From Eledone cirrhosa (taxonomy: Eukaryota), in assembly GCA_964016885.1 (NCBI GenBank), contig OZ024740.1:162564001-162628000 (forward strand): 64,000 nt of DNA, read 5' to 3'. Below, in pieces: positions 40,655 through 54,200 of this stretch. The notes under the pieces are model-generated. The model saw only the letters and a list, made by a program, of their open reading frames with translations, did not search any database and was not told the DNA's origin. The translations under genes were made by a program, and so were the position numbers. Position 1 is the first letter of the stretch; the number at the start of each line of letters is the position of its first letter.

Positions 40655-40960
40655 TAATTGTTTCTATTTTTGGCACAAGGCCAGCAATTATCGCAGGATA
40701 TTACTGGTACTTTATTTTATCGACCCCATAAGGATGAAAGGCCGTAACTCTTTGCTGCAAAGCATGGCGTCCGACTCTCTACCGATACTGCCAATCCACC
40801 GCTATATATAATAAATAATTGTTTCTACTTTAAGCACAAAGCCAGCAATTACCCAGTGCATTACTGGTACTTTATTTTATCGACCACGTAAAGATGAAAG
40901 GCAAAGTCAACCTCAGCGGGATTTGAACTCAGATCGTAAAGGGACGTAACTATGCTGGAA
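40655..40960 (-). mobile_element. Two adjacent SINE copies (major family)
   Basis: Two ttgtttcta...gcacaa.gccagcaatta...ttactggtactttattttatcgacc units. Confidence 0.8.
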
Positions 40961-42509
40961 AGCTATATATAATAAATAATATAATATATACAATGTACAA
41001 AGAAGTATTATAATTATTTTTATTTTACTATATGTATTTAATATACTATTATATCATCTCTACTGCCCCCACCACCCCTTTAGGCCCCAGTGCACCCCTG
41101 GATTTCTCAACGCCCCCCACTTTGAGAATCTCCAACCTAGTTAACAAAAACACCCTCACTACTACTACCATGATGATGATCATCATCATCGCTATTTTTG
41201 CAATCCAAATCATTGCGTGATCTCTCACCTGCTCAAAACAGCAGTCAAATTTCTCCCAAATAAACTTTACTGTCTTGAAAAGAGAAGGCCATATATTTTT
41301 TACTGTTTAGTCAGCAGTAAAAGCAATGCCTGTAACACCTTTCCACGGGTGGTAAGAAAGAGGGAGGTTCGAATGCTTACAATAGTTTGGGGTTCGATTA
41401 AGGCATCCAAAGTCTGAGTGATCGTATTAAACCGAGCGATTGATTACGTCTACTACCCGTGTAGGCCGTGGCAAGATTTGATTTCATATAACAAGGAGTT
41501 GGAACAAATATTGAAAGGCAATTTATTTGATGTTCAGGTGTCTCTGCCAGTCTACCCCACTAGACTTTATGTATTGACCTCCAAAGTTGATCCCAGCATG
41601 ATTTGCACTCAGATCGCAATGAGCCGGTGGTCAATTAACGCCGCTAATTCATCATCTAAATCTTAATCAACTGACACTTTTATACAAAGAAAGACATATT
41701 GGATGGTGCAGTTCGAAATGCATTATGCTTAAAAAAGATAGGTGGAATATTAACGGCTTGGATACCATTGACCAAAATCTTGCATGATCATGACTGACCC
41801 TGGAGCTAAACAATAATAATTAGTATTTAAAACCTTGCAAGATCACAGAATCCGTAGAATGATAAACATAATACGTTGCAGCTTTTATTCTAAGCCCAAA
41901 TCCTGCTAAAGTAGGCATTTCCTTTCATGCTTCCATATTCTATAACACATCAATCAAGTATTGGGGTCGATTTTATCGACTTTCCTCTCCTCAAAATTGC
42001 TGGCCTTGTGCCAAAAGTAAAAATAATTAATATTTGACGTAAGCAGACAAGCGAGTTATCTCTCTGCAGGATTTGGATATTTACCAGCCATAACTTACAA
42101 AATATAATATTTATTTATAAATGTTTTCTTGGAAAAAAATTTCTAAAATACATCAGATAACTCTCCCATACATTTTGAGAAACAAGGTTTGTATTTTCAT
42201 TGTTGTTTTTATTTTTATTTTTTTACTTAAAACAATTTTATTCGTGTTTACATCGGACCCAAAATGGATATGAACCCCAGAGATTATGTAACACAAATGC
42301 AACAGGACAGCAAACAAACAAGAAAAGAAAAAGAAAGAAAAGGAAAATTTAATTGCAATGCGAAGAAAATAATAATGATGACCTTTTGATAAAAAAACAC
42401 TAAAATTATCTCGAACATTTACAGTGATAAGTTAAAAAAACAATAGCAGTGCACATACACACTGTTTGCCAAATAAACAAATCATAAAAATAATTATTAT
42501 AATGATGAC

Positions 42510-42562
<53 letters not shown>

Positions 42563-42699
42563 CGACGATGACGATGATGATGATGATGATGCTTTCTTTA
42601 TTAGTCACGCAGGGTTCCCATTAAGAAAACAATAAGGACGGTACAGGAAAGTCGGCACAGAGTGGTGCAATGTGGGTTTTGGCATGTAAACGGTTTTTA

Positions 42700-43205
42700 A
42701 CAAAAACAAGGAAAATATGTAAAAATTCAAAGAAAAAATAGAGGGAAACCTCTGGTGTTCACACAAGGAGAAGCCCACAAATATCTGCGGTCTCCCTGAT
42801 CACTAGGGCAAATTCCCTCTCCCAGTTTTCTTCCTCCAATCTGACGCATAGTCAGATCAGGCCTATTCATTCGGGCCATGCTCGCCTCGCCCGCCCACCT
42901 TTCAACAAACTGCTTAGAAGGTAGCTCTTCCCTCTCTCCACCTTGATTTTCCACCTTAAATGAAATATGAAAAAGTTAATCAAGGCTTCCCCGAAGAAGA
43001 AAGTACTTGTCTTCAACCCTTTCAGACGTTTCCACCACACGATATCTTTCACCATGGCCACAAGGCAGATAAAAACTGCCTGTCCTTCTCGGCTAAAGTA
43101 AGGCAGCCGGGCAATGTTTACCATTGACTCAGCTGATAGCCTAATCCATCCTATATGTGACAGCAGGTGTTCGACATAAGCCCACAAGTTAGCAGTGCTC
43201 CCCGG
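42700..43205 (-). pseudogene. Tx1/L1-like LINE ORF2 C-terminal fragment
   Basis: NLWAYVEHLLS...FICLVAMVKDIVWWKRLK...LINFFIFHLRWKIKVER and FVERW resemble the L1/Tx1 C-terminus. A T-rich 3' UTR follows on the minus strand. Confidence 0.6.
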
Positions 43206-43649
43206 TAACACTGCCAGGCCAGGGATTTCTAGATATTGTCCAAGGGCCTTGGACCGAAAATTCTCCGGAAAAGATTGGATAGTTGATTATCGTCGACCCC
43301 CCCCCCCCCCTCAAATCTCCACAAGAACGGAATGCCGTCGCTTTTATCCTCCACTAACACTCTATAAAACGCTAATGTGATATTTCAACATCCACGAGGA
43401 CAGCTACCACAAGCCAGGGAATAGCTATAGTGGGTGGCATCTAGGTCACTCTTATCTTTACTAATTTTTTACCACAATACGTTGGCACCTAGCCCAGACT
43501 CATTATAATCCTGCCGAGGTTGACTTTGCCTTTCATCCTTACGGGGTCGATGAAATAAAGTACCAGTAATGCACTGGGTAATTGCTGGCCTTGTGCCTAA
43601 AGTAGAAACAATTATAAAGGATGGAAGCATGATATCAAAGGAAAAGTGA

Positions 43650-44200
43650 TCGACTGGCATTTATGAAAACTGAATGATTTATCCCATTTTGAGAAGTGGT
43701 ATGAGCATAAGCCGGAGTCGGTGATAGAAAACGAACGGGTGAAGGTACTGTAAGATTTCAGGATATAATCAGATAAAAATTAGAACATAATAGGCCTGAC
43801 CTGGTTGTTTTTAACAAGGAAACAATATATAGCTTGACTATAAAAGTAGCTTGCCCCTTTGACACAAGAGTGTAAGAAAAGGAGCGGGAGAAAATTAACC
43901 GGTACCATGATTTAAAGCGGGAACTGAAAAGGATTTTGGACTGTCATGAAATCAAAGTCGGCCCCATCATCATGGGAGCACTAGGTACTATCCCGAAGAG
44001 TGTTCAAAGCTGGTCAAAGACCATTAGCCCAGCCCCCTTTTCTGGAACACTTTAAAAGGCATGCCTACTGGGAACAGCAAGGACCCTCCCATACGTCCTG
44101 AATATCTGAGGCTGCAGGTAGCGGCTTGATATTCATTTGGGCAAATTTTCCGGTTAAACAACATCAGTGACTGAGATATCAAATTCATAATAATAATAAT
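43650..44200 (+). mobile_element. R4/Dong-clade non-LTR retrotransposon 3' end (restriction-like endonuclease)
   Basis: KWYEHKPESVIENERVKVL*DF, HNRPDLVVFNK, VACPFD..EKINRYHDLKREL, PIIMGALGTIP and KACLLGTARTL, then a short UTR and (TAA)n at ~44187-44200. Contains stops and a frameshift. Confidence 0.88.
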
Positions 44201-44841
44201 TGTTTCTAATTTTGATACAAGGCCAGCAATTACCCCAGTGCATTACTGGTATTTTATTTTATCGACCCTGTAAGGATGAAAGGCAAAGTTAAGCTCGGTG
44301 GGATTTGAACTCAAATCATAAAGGGCCTTACTCTATGCTGCAAAGCATGGTGTCCGACCCTCTACCGATACTGCCAATCCACCATTCATAATAATAATTG
44401 TTTCTACTTTTGGCACAAGGCTAACAGTTGCAGTTACTCAGTACATTACTGGTACTTTATTTTATCGACCCCGTATAAGGATGAAATGCAAAATTAACCT
44501 CGGCGAGATAATAATAATGGTTTCTTATATAGGCACAAGGCCAGCTATTTTGGGGGAGAGGAAAGTCGATTAAATCGACCCCAGTGTGTGACTGGTTCTT
44601 TATTTTATCGACCTCGTAAGGATGAAAGGCAAAGTTAACCTCGGCGAGATTTGAACTCAGAATGGCAAGGGCCATAACTCTATACGTCAAAGCATGGCGT
44701 CCGACACTCTACTGATACTGCCAATCCACCGCCCTATCTAAATAATGTTTCTACTTTTGGCACAAGGCCAGTAATTACGCAGTACATTACTGGTACTTTA
44801 TTTTATCGACTCCGTAAGGATGAAAGGCAAAGTTAACCTCG
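44197..44841 (-). mobile_element. Cluster of four head-to-tail SINE copies
   Basis: Repeated aataattgtttct...caaggccag...ttttatcgaccc...ggatgaaaggcaaagttaa units starting at ~44197, ~44394, ~44515 and ~44740. Confidence 0.85.
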
Positions 44842-45955
44842 TAAATAATGATTGTTTTTTTTATTCAAAGAGTCATGCCGTGCTGGTACGACAGACACAT
44901 ACCCATATGCTAAATCTATAATACATGGATTAACGTAGTATGAGTGTTACAGTTAAATATATTGACAATGACTATTCTATCTAAAGCAGTAGTGGCAGGT
45001 GGTGAGTGTCGAGGTTGCTCGTAATTACAGGAGGTCGAATATGATCTCTATAGACATATCATTTCTAGAGATCGCGAAGTGTAGTGAACCATGACTTTAC
45101 CCCGTAGTTGAGGCAGAAGAAAAATCGTGACACTGGTGGTGCATGGCAGAACACCTAGATGTTTCTGTCCAGAAGGACTCAAGAAGCTCTGTCACAACAC
45201 TGACTGCTAGGTAATCGGATTCCCTTGTGCCACATTTTTGCTAATCCCTTCTTAATATCTGAGTTTAGTCTGAATCTCAGCTAGATTTTGTAAGTTGATA
45301 AGTGTTAAAGAAAGTAGATTTTTGTCGCTATAAAAATGAGAAATGAAAAGTAAATAAGCCATATTTCAATATATAAGAAAATTACAACATGAATCCAAAG
45401 ATGAAAGTACGTATATACTTATATAAAATTACATATATTAAGATATATTTAGAATTGTTTTATATATTATTTTTTTTAACTCTAAATTTAGCGAAGGAAC
45501 ATAGCAGCGAAAGCCAATACATTTTAATTGCGAAAAATATCACCGAGGTCAATTTACTCAGAGATACTTTCCGCATGAAAAACACTAGTATTAAAATATA
45601 TTAGTATATATTTAGAATTACTTGTTTAGAAAAATATCATGTGGAAAATGAATTTACCACACTTTTAATTGATAATATATCAAAGATGCTGCCTGCATTC
45701 TTGGCTCTCCAATTCTCTCGAAAGCCATGCGAGAGTGACTGGAGATCAAGCAAGCAGACCTGTTGAGGGTGACGGTGTGGTTGCGCCTCACTGACACGCA
45801 CTCGGTGCTCCTCCTTCTGAGGAACTGCTTCACCCTTCCTAAATTCTTGTTCACGCTGCATGGGGCGCCTTGTTATCGGATTGAAAGCACGCCATCTGAG
45901 GAAGGAACCCCGTGATGCGGGGTGGCTGTTGCAGCGGGTGTCGCAGGCCATTATC

Positions 45956-46140
45956 GGTGGATTGGCAGTATCGGTAGAGGGTCGGACGCCATGCTTTCCA
46001 GCATAGTTACGTCCCTTTACAATCTGAGTTCAAATCCCGCCGAGGTTGACTTTGCCTTTCATCCTTACGTGGTCGATAAAATAAAGTAGCAGTAATGCAC
46101 TGGGTAATTGCTGGCCTTGTGCCTAAAAGTAGAAATAATT
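45956..46140 (+). mobile_element. tRNA-derived SINE, near full length
   Basis: A-box tggcagtatcgg, B-box gagttcaaatcc, body gaggttgactttgcctttcatcc...gtcgataaaataaagta and tail ggccttgtgcctaaaagtagaaa. Confidence 0.85.
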
Positions 46141-47007
46141 ATTTGTAAATTGTCTGCGAGGCTTAACCGAAACACCGCTCTGACATAAGTGTAGAGCTTA
46201 TCACCCCTCCTTTCCTCGCTTCTTTCTTCTTTTGGCTAGTAGTCCTTGCTCTTCTCCTTTTCTTCTCATTTATGGTATTTATAGTTCTTTCCAATACTGA
46301 TATCTTTTTCTACATGTTTTACCAATTTATAGTTATATCAACAATAAATATAAATTTCATTGACAACTAAAAAGTAAAAAAAGGTAGGATAATCTGATAT
46401 ATCGATTGTTGCAGAGGGTGCACAACCGTCTCAAGATAAACTGCTCAACCATCACACACACACCATACGCAATGTTTTATGTTAGAACCAGCAATAATGA
46501 AGAAAAGCTAGAAACATAATAAAGATATGAAACAAAATATAACCTTGTTGGCTACCTAGAGAGCGATAGGTGTCAGCACGGTCTTTTATATGAAAGGGAG
46601 ATCCCGGTATCTCTCGACGCTTTACGCCAAACATCAATGCGTCAATGCATACTGTACAAAAATAAACCATGATTTCGTACAATAAAGCTGGCTAATATGT
46701 GATTTCGCAGAAGAATGCAGTCAAGTTTTGTAAAGTATTTAATTGGGTGCCGTTCTGTGTTTGTCACATTATCACATAAACCCCTCCACACACACACATA
46801 ATACATACATACACACACGCGCACACAAACACGTTCACACATAGACGCAACACGTGTGTACATATGTACACACATACACACATACACACGCACGCACACA
46901 CACACATATACATATATATATATCAATATGTGTGTGTGAGTCCCGGGACCATTCGGGGTTTACCACAGTAATTAAGGTACTTAATATTTTAGTAGAGTGT
47001 AAACATC

Positions 47008-47124
47008 ATGTTTAATATAAAAATGGCTTCTACAGGACTAGAACTGTTTCATTCAAAAAGAAATCATCCTTCTATTTGAATGAAACAGTTCTAGTCCTGT
47101 AGAAGCCATTTCAAAATTAAACAT
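47008..47124. repeat. ~117 bp palindrome/hairpin
   Basis: aaatggcttctacaggactagaactgtttcattcaaa is the exact reverse complement of tttgaatgaaacagttctagtcctgtagaagccattt, and the outer arms extend imperfectly. Confidence 0.92.
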
Positions 47125-47163
47125 TATATATATATATATATTCATATACCTGTGTGTGTGTGT

Positions 47164-47200
<37 letters not shown>

Positions 47201-47603
47201 TGTCTGTCTGTGTGTGTTCTGTGTATACATGCATATAAATATGTTTGTATGTGTGAGCATGTATGCGTGTATATACGTGTTTATGCATGCATATATGTAT
47301 TTTCATACATGCATGTATAGACATATAATGCCTATCTACTACATATCCTTCACATATATATTCGTGTTGAGCTATGGAAAGGTCGTAGGTCGGTTCATAC
47401 CAACCTATTTCAAACAAATGCTCAGAAAAAATATAAAAAAAGGATATCTCAGAAACAATAATTTTACAAGGCTTCAGTTTGACGTAACCATGAGTAGATG
47501 AATTCTTTACTTTGGTTTCCTTCCAATCAGATACATCGTAATAGGTGTGCAAAGTATGTGTGTGAGTGTGTGTACGTGTGTGTGAAAGTATGTATGTGTG
47601 TGC

Positions 47604-47640
<37 letters not shown>

Positions 47641-49778
47641 TGTGTGTGTGTATGTGTGTGTGTGTGTGTGTGTGTCTGTGTGTGTGTCTGTGTGTGTGTA
47701 TATGTGTGTGCATGTGTGTGTGTACGCATATCTGTATGTGTGTGTGTCTGGGGGGGGGGGTCTGAATGCGTTTAGAGAGTGTGACTTCCATGATTAATAC
47801 TGGGAGATATGAACGTTTCATAGCAGATAGTAGGATGAAGAGTGTCTGCTCAAGTTAATCGTTAAAGAAAAGTGATGTCTACTAGCGACATTGTTTTATA
47901 TTTGCCATGCACATCCTGTTATTGACTTTCGACTAGACTGCCGAATATGGTGATAGAAGTGGTAACTAGGGCCGTATTTTGAGCATATCTACCACGGCGT
48001 AAGATCACAAGATCGCGTGTCGATAAAAGGCAAGACAGAAATATCCACGTGATAATTAAACTTGCTAGAAATTGGTTTCAAATCTCTCGAATTACGCCGT
48101 ACCTTTTAAAACAATGAAAGGACAAAAAATAGTGTGTTTTTAGAGGGCTACAAGCAATACAAATAGTTGTTGGGTTGTTAACTTAGATTTGTTTAATTAG
48201 TCTTTAATATTTCGTGATAAAATCCCGTTGTTAAAAGGAGAATTAAAGAGACCAAGTCGGATCAGGATATCTTGTATTGTACTAAAGTCCCTTCATCACT
48301 TCAAGAGTTGAAATAAAACGACCACTCCCTGATTAAAAAAATCAGCGTAAGATCAGCATAAAATATCTTGCTCAAACATAGTTTACTGAGAACTAATTAA
48401 ACACAGTCAAGATAACATTTCAGCCACTTTGTTTTCGTTATTTTTAACATTTAATGTCCTATTTGTATTACTGTACCCATCTAAAAAACCCTCACTATTT
48501 TTTACATATTTCACAATGCTTCTAACAAACTATTACACCCTCCAACAATGTCTTAAAATAAGATGAGATAGTCATGACTAGAACATATTTGGTAATAAGT
48601 ATGCTTCATCAGAGTTGAACTGGAGCTGAATAACTAAATAAAAAAAATAAATTACCCCAAGAGAGCCCCTCCGAAATCTTACAGTCGGCTGAAAATAGAG
48701 TAAAATCTTTCATTAACCAGTTGCCAATGTTTGAAAAAATAAGAATGACACATTGGATAAAGAATTAATAGATGTAGCTGGAATAGTCAAGTCTCGATGG
48801 TTTTTAATTATAGATCTGTTCATTCAGAGTCGCTGTATAACAATAAATACAACGACGACGTCAACAACATCAGACGTTAAGAAATGTTCAGGATTAACAT
48901 CTGACTCAACCAAATCAGAGAGATCATAATTATATAATGTAGAAGCCGTAGAAAAACCACTTGGAGTCTTAGTCTTCATGTATATATGGTATAATACACG
49001 TATATAATTAGATACCTAATATAGAAAGTACCTAATATAGAATTTTTATTTTTTTTGTTAATGTAAAGCGATTTTTTTCAATATCAACACAGTGGTCATA
49101 TGCTTCCATTTGGAATATATTATTTACACACAAAGAAGACATACATATATGCAAAGCAGACACACATGCATATTCATATTGAAAAGAGAAACTCCATACA
49201 TTACACTAAGATATAGTACATAAACAATATATAAACGAGGAACTATGAACATACTGGCATAATTCCAGTTCTGCAGTATTGATTTCTATCGATGGAATGT
49301 TTAGAATTCCGTCATCCAGAAGAGAAAAGGAAAAACGTAAAAACAAAAAAACAAATAAAAACAAAAAAATGGCACTTGGTGACCTGATTATTGTGAACGA
49401 TAACAAGTCTTTTGACTCAAGCTGTTTAACTTGAAACTTCCGTTAGAAGACCAAATGTGTTAAAATATCAAAACAATCTTCCAATCCCCAGCAAACACAC
49501 ACACATGCACACACGCACACTCACGTACACACACACACAGGTACACATACACACACACACACACATACACACATGCACATTTACCCACATATAGATATAT
49601 TGATATATTATTCATATGTTTAACTTTATATATATAAGAAAAATAAAATATTCATATGTATTGATACATAATATATTTATGTGTGTATTATATGTATATA
49701 TATATGTACATATATATATATGTATATATGTATATATATATGTATATATATATATATATTTATTAAATATATTATTAT

Positions 49779-49844
<66 letters not shown>

Positions 49845-50007
49845 ATATATATATATAACGCATACTAACACATATATAAACTTATCTGTGCATTATCAAG
49901 GTATATATATATATAGTTCAAGGAATGACAAGACAAACACAGAGATGCATAAACAGTCTTATTAGTACCACGTTGTATATATATATATATATATATTATA
50001 TACACAC

Positions 50008-50087
50008 AGAAGACGTCGACCCAAAAATGTATACACATTTGAATTATCTGCTGTTAAAGTATGTATACATTTTGGGGGGACACCCTG
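50008..50087. mobile_element. Degenerate third copy of the ~100 bp MITE
   Basis: cccaaaaatgtatacaca...tatgtatacattttggggggacaccctg. Confidence 0.55.
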
Positions 50088-50173
50088 CATATATGCATAT
50101 ATATGTATATATACATACATATATATATATATATGTGTGTATATATATATATATGTATATATGTATATATATA

Positions 50174-50217
<44 letters not shown>

Positions 50218-50284
50218 AGATATAGATATGTATATACAGATATACATATATATACACATATATATATATTATATATATATACAA

Positions 50285-50338
<54 letters not shown>

Positions 50339-50407
50339 GCATACATATATATATGCATATATATAATATATATGTATATATACATACATACATATATATA
50401 TATGTAC

Positions 50408-50479
<72 letters not shown>

Positions 50480-50501
50480 CTCCCTCTCTCTCTCTGTCTC
50501 G

Positions 50502-50564
<63 letters not shown>

Positions 50565-50736
50565 TATATTTGTTTGTCGGGAACAGCAGTGACAAATAGA
50601 AATCTCAACAACAAAAGACGAGAACAGAGGGAAAAAAATATTAATAAACAACAAAAAAAAATTGTGAAAAAAACTGCATTGATTGTGACATTAATGATTT
50701 CATCACTGACGATGCAACTGTAATTATCACCATTAT

Positions 50737-50744
50737 CTACTACT

Positions 50745-50783
<39 letters not shown>

Positions 50784-50821
50784 CACAACCACCACCATAC
50801 TACTACTACTACTACTACTAT

Positions 50822-50857
<36 letters not shown>

Positions 50858-50948
50858 ACTACTACTACTACTACTACTACTACTATTACTACTACTACTA
50901 CTACTACTACTACTAGTACTACTACTACTACTACTACTACTACTACCA

Positions 50949-51023
<75 letters not shown>

Positions 51024-51031
51024 CACTACCA

Positions 51032-51119
<88 letters not shown>

Positions 51120-51246
51120 ACTACTACTACCGCCCAAATCACTACAAATATCACCATTACCATCACTATAATTGCTACCTCCACCACAACTATCACCATC
51201 ACAACCACAACTACTACTACCACAACCACCACCACTACCACCACCA

Positions 51247-51281
<35 letters not shown>

Positions 51282-54200
51282 ATAATAATAATAATAATAA
51301 TAATACTACCGCCCAAATCACTACTAATATCACCATTACCATCACTATAACTGCTACCTCCACCACAACTATCACCATCACAACCACAACTACTACCGTC
51401 AATACCATCATCACCACTACAGCTATCACCACTAACACCGCCAAATGAAATATTCAACATCACCCCCACCACTACCACCAGTATTATCATTACCACCGCT
51501 ATCACAGTCTCTACATTGATCACCACCACCACCACCACCACCACAACCATCGCCAACACCACCACATATTCCACCATTACCACATCCACCTTCACCACTA
51601 TCATCACCACCACCACCACCATCATCACCACCACCACCACAATCACGACCAATACAACTACCAACACCACCACAGCTTCCACCATTACTACCCAACCTTT
51701 ACCACCATCATTGCCAACCCTACCATCATCACCACCATCATCACCATCACCACCACCACAATCACGACCAATACAACCACCAACACCACCACAGATTCCA
51801 CCATTACCACATCCACCTTCCCCACCATCATCACCACCACCACCATCACCACCACCACCACCACAATCACGACCAATACAACCACCAACACCACCACAGA
51901 TTCCACCATTACCACATCCACCTTCCACACCATCATCACCACCACCACCATCACCACCACCACCACCACAATCACGAGCAATACAACCACCAACACCACC
52001 ACAGCTTCCACCATTACCACATCCACCTTCACCACCATCACCACCACCACCATCATCACCATCTCCACCACCGCAATCACGACCAATACAACCACCAACA
52101 CCACCACAGATTCCACCATTACTACCCCAACCTTCACCACCATCATTGCCACCACCACCATCATCACCAACACCAACACCATCATCACCATCACCACCAC
52201 CACACCATTACTACCCCCACCTTCACCACCATCATTGCCACCACCACCACCATCACCACCACCACCACCACCATCATCACCATCATCACCATCACCACCA
52301 CCACAATCACGACATATACAACCACCACCACAGCTTCCACCATTACTACCCCACCTTCACTACCATCATTGCCACCACCACCACGATCACCACCACCACA
52401 ACCATCACCACCACCACCACAATCACGAGCAATACAACCACCAACACCAACACAGCTTCCACCATTACTACCCCACCTTCACCACCATCATTGCCAACCC
52501 CACCATCATCACTATCACCACCACCACAATCACGATCAATACAACCACCAACACCACCACAGATACCACCATTACCACATCCACCTCCACCACCATCACC
52601 ACCACCAACACCATCACCACAATCACCACCATCACCACCATAATCACGACCAATACAACCACCAACACCACCACAGCTTCCACCATTACTACCCCCACAT
52701 TCACCACCATCAATGCCACCACCACCATTACCACCACCACCACCACCATCACCACCACCACCACCATCCACACCACCACCATCAACCCCACCACCACCAT
52801 CAACCCCACCACCACCATCAACACCACCACCATCACCACCATCACCACCACCACCATTACCACCACCACCACCACCACCATCAACACCACCACCATCAAC
52901 ACCAGCACCACCACCATCAACACCACCACCACCACCATCAGCACCACCACCATCAACACCACCACCACCACCATCAACACCACCACCATCAACCCCACCA
53001 CCACCATCAACCCAACCACCTTCATTAATACCACCACCATCAACACCAACACCATCAACACCACCACCATCATCAACCCCACCACCACCACCACCACCAT
53101 CAACACCACCACCATCAACACCACCACCATCACCACCATCACCACCACCACCATTAACACCACCACCATCAACACCACCACCATCAACACCATCAACACC
53201 ACCACCACCACCACCAACACCACCACCATCAACACCACCACCACCACCACCACCACCACCACCATCAACACCACAACCATCAACACCAACACCACCATCA
53301 ACACCACCACCATCAACACCACCACCATCAACACCACCACCACCATCAACACCACAACCATCAACACCAACACCACCACCACCACCACCACCACCACCAT
53401 CAACACCACCAGCACCACCATCAACACCACAACCATCAACACCACCACCACCACCACCACCATCAACACCACAACCATCAACACCACCACCACCACCACC
53501 ACCATCAACACCACAACCATCAACACCACCACCACCACCAACACCAACACCACCACCACCATCAACACCACCAACACCATCAACACCACCACCACCACAC
53601 CACCACCATCAACACCACCACCAACACCATCAACACCACCACCATCAACACCACCATCAACACCACCATCAACACCACCACCACCACCACCAACACCACC
53701 ACCACCACCACCACCACCACCATCAACACCACAACCATCAACACCACCAACACCACCACCACCATCAACACCACCAACACCATCAACACCACCACCACCA
53801 CACCACCACCATCAACACCACCACCAACACCATCAACACCACCACCATCAACACCACCATCAACACCACCATCAACACCACCACCACCACCACCAACACC
53901 ACCACCATCAACACCACCACCACCACCACCACCACCACCACCACCACCACCACCATCAACACCACAACCATCAACACCACCACCACCACCACCACCATCA
54001 ACACCACCACCACCACCACCACCATCAACACCAACACCACCACCACCACTACCACCACCATCAACACCACCACCACCACCACCACCATCAACACCACCAT
54101 CAACACCACCACCACCACCACCACCATCAACACCACCACCACCACCACCACCACCACCACCACCACCACCATCAACACCACAACCATCAACACCACCACC

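Noticed and set aside
44197-44841. Regularly recurring motifs as a CRISPR-like array or tRNA genes
   Set aside because: They are stacked SINE copies in eukaryotic DNA, with no unique spacers, cas genes or full cloverleaf.
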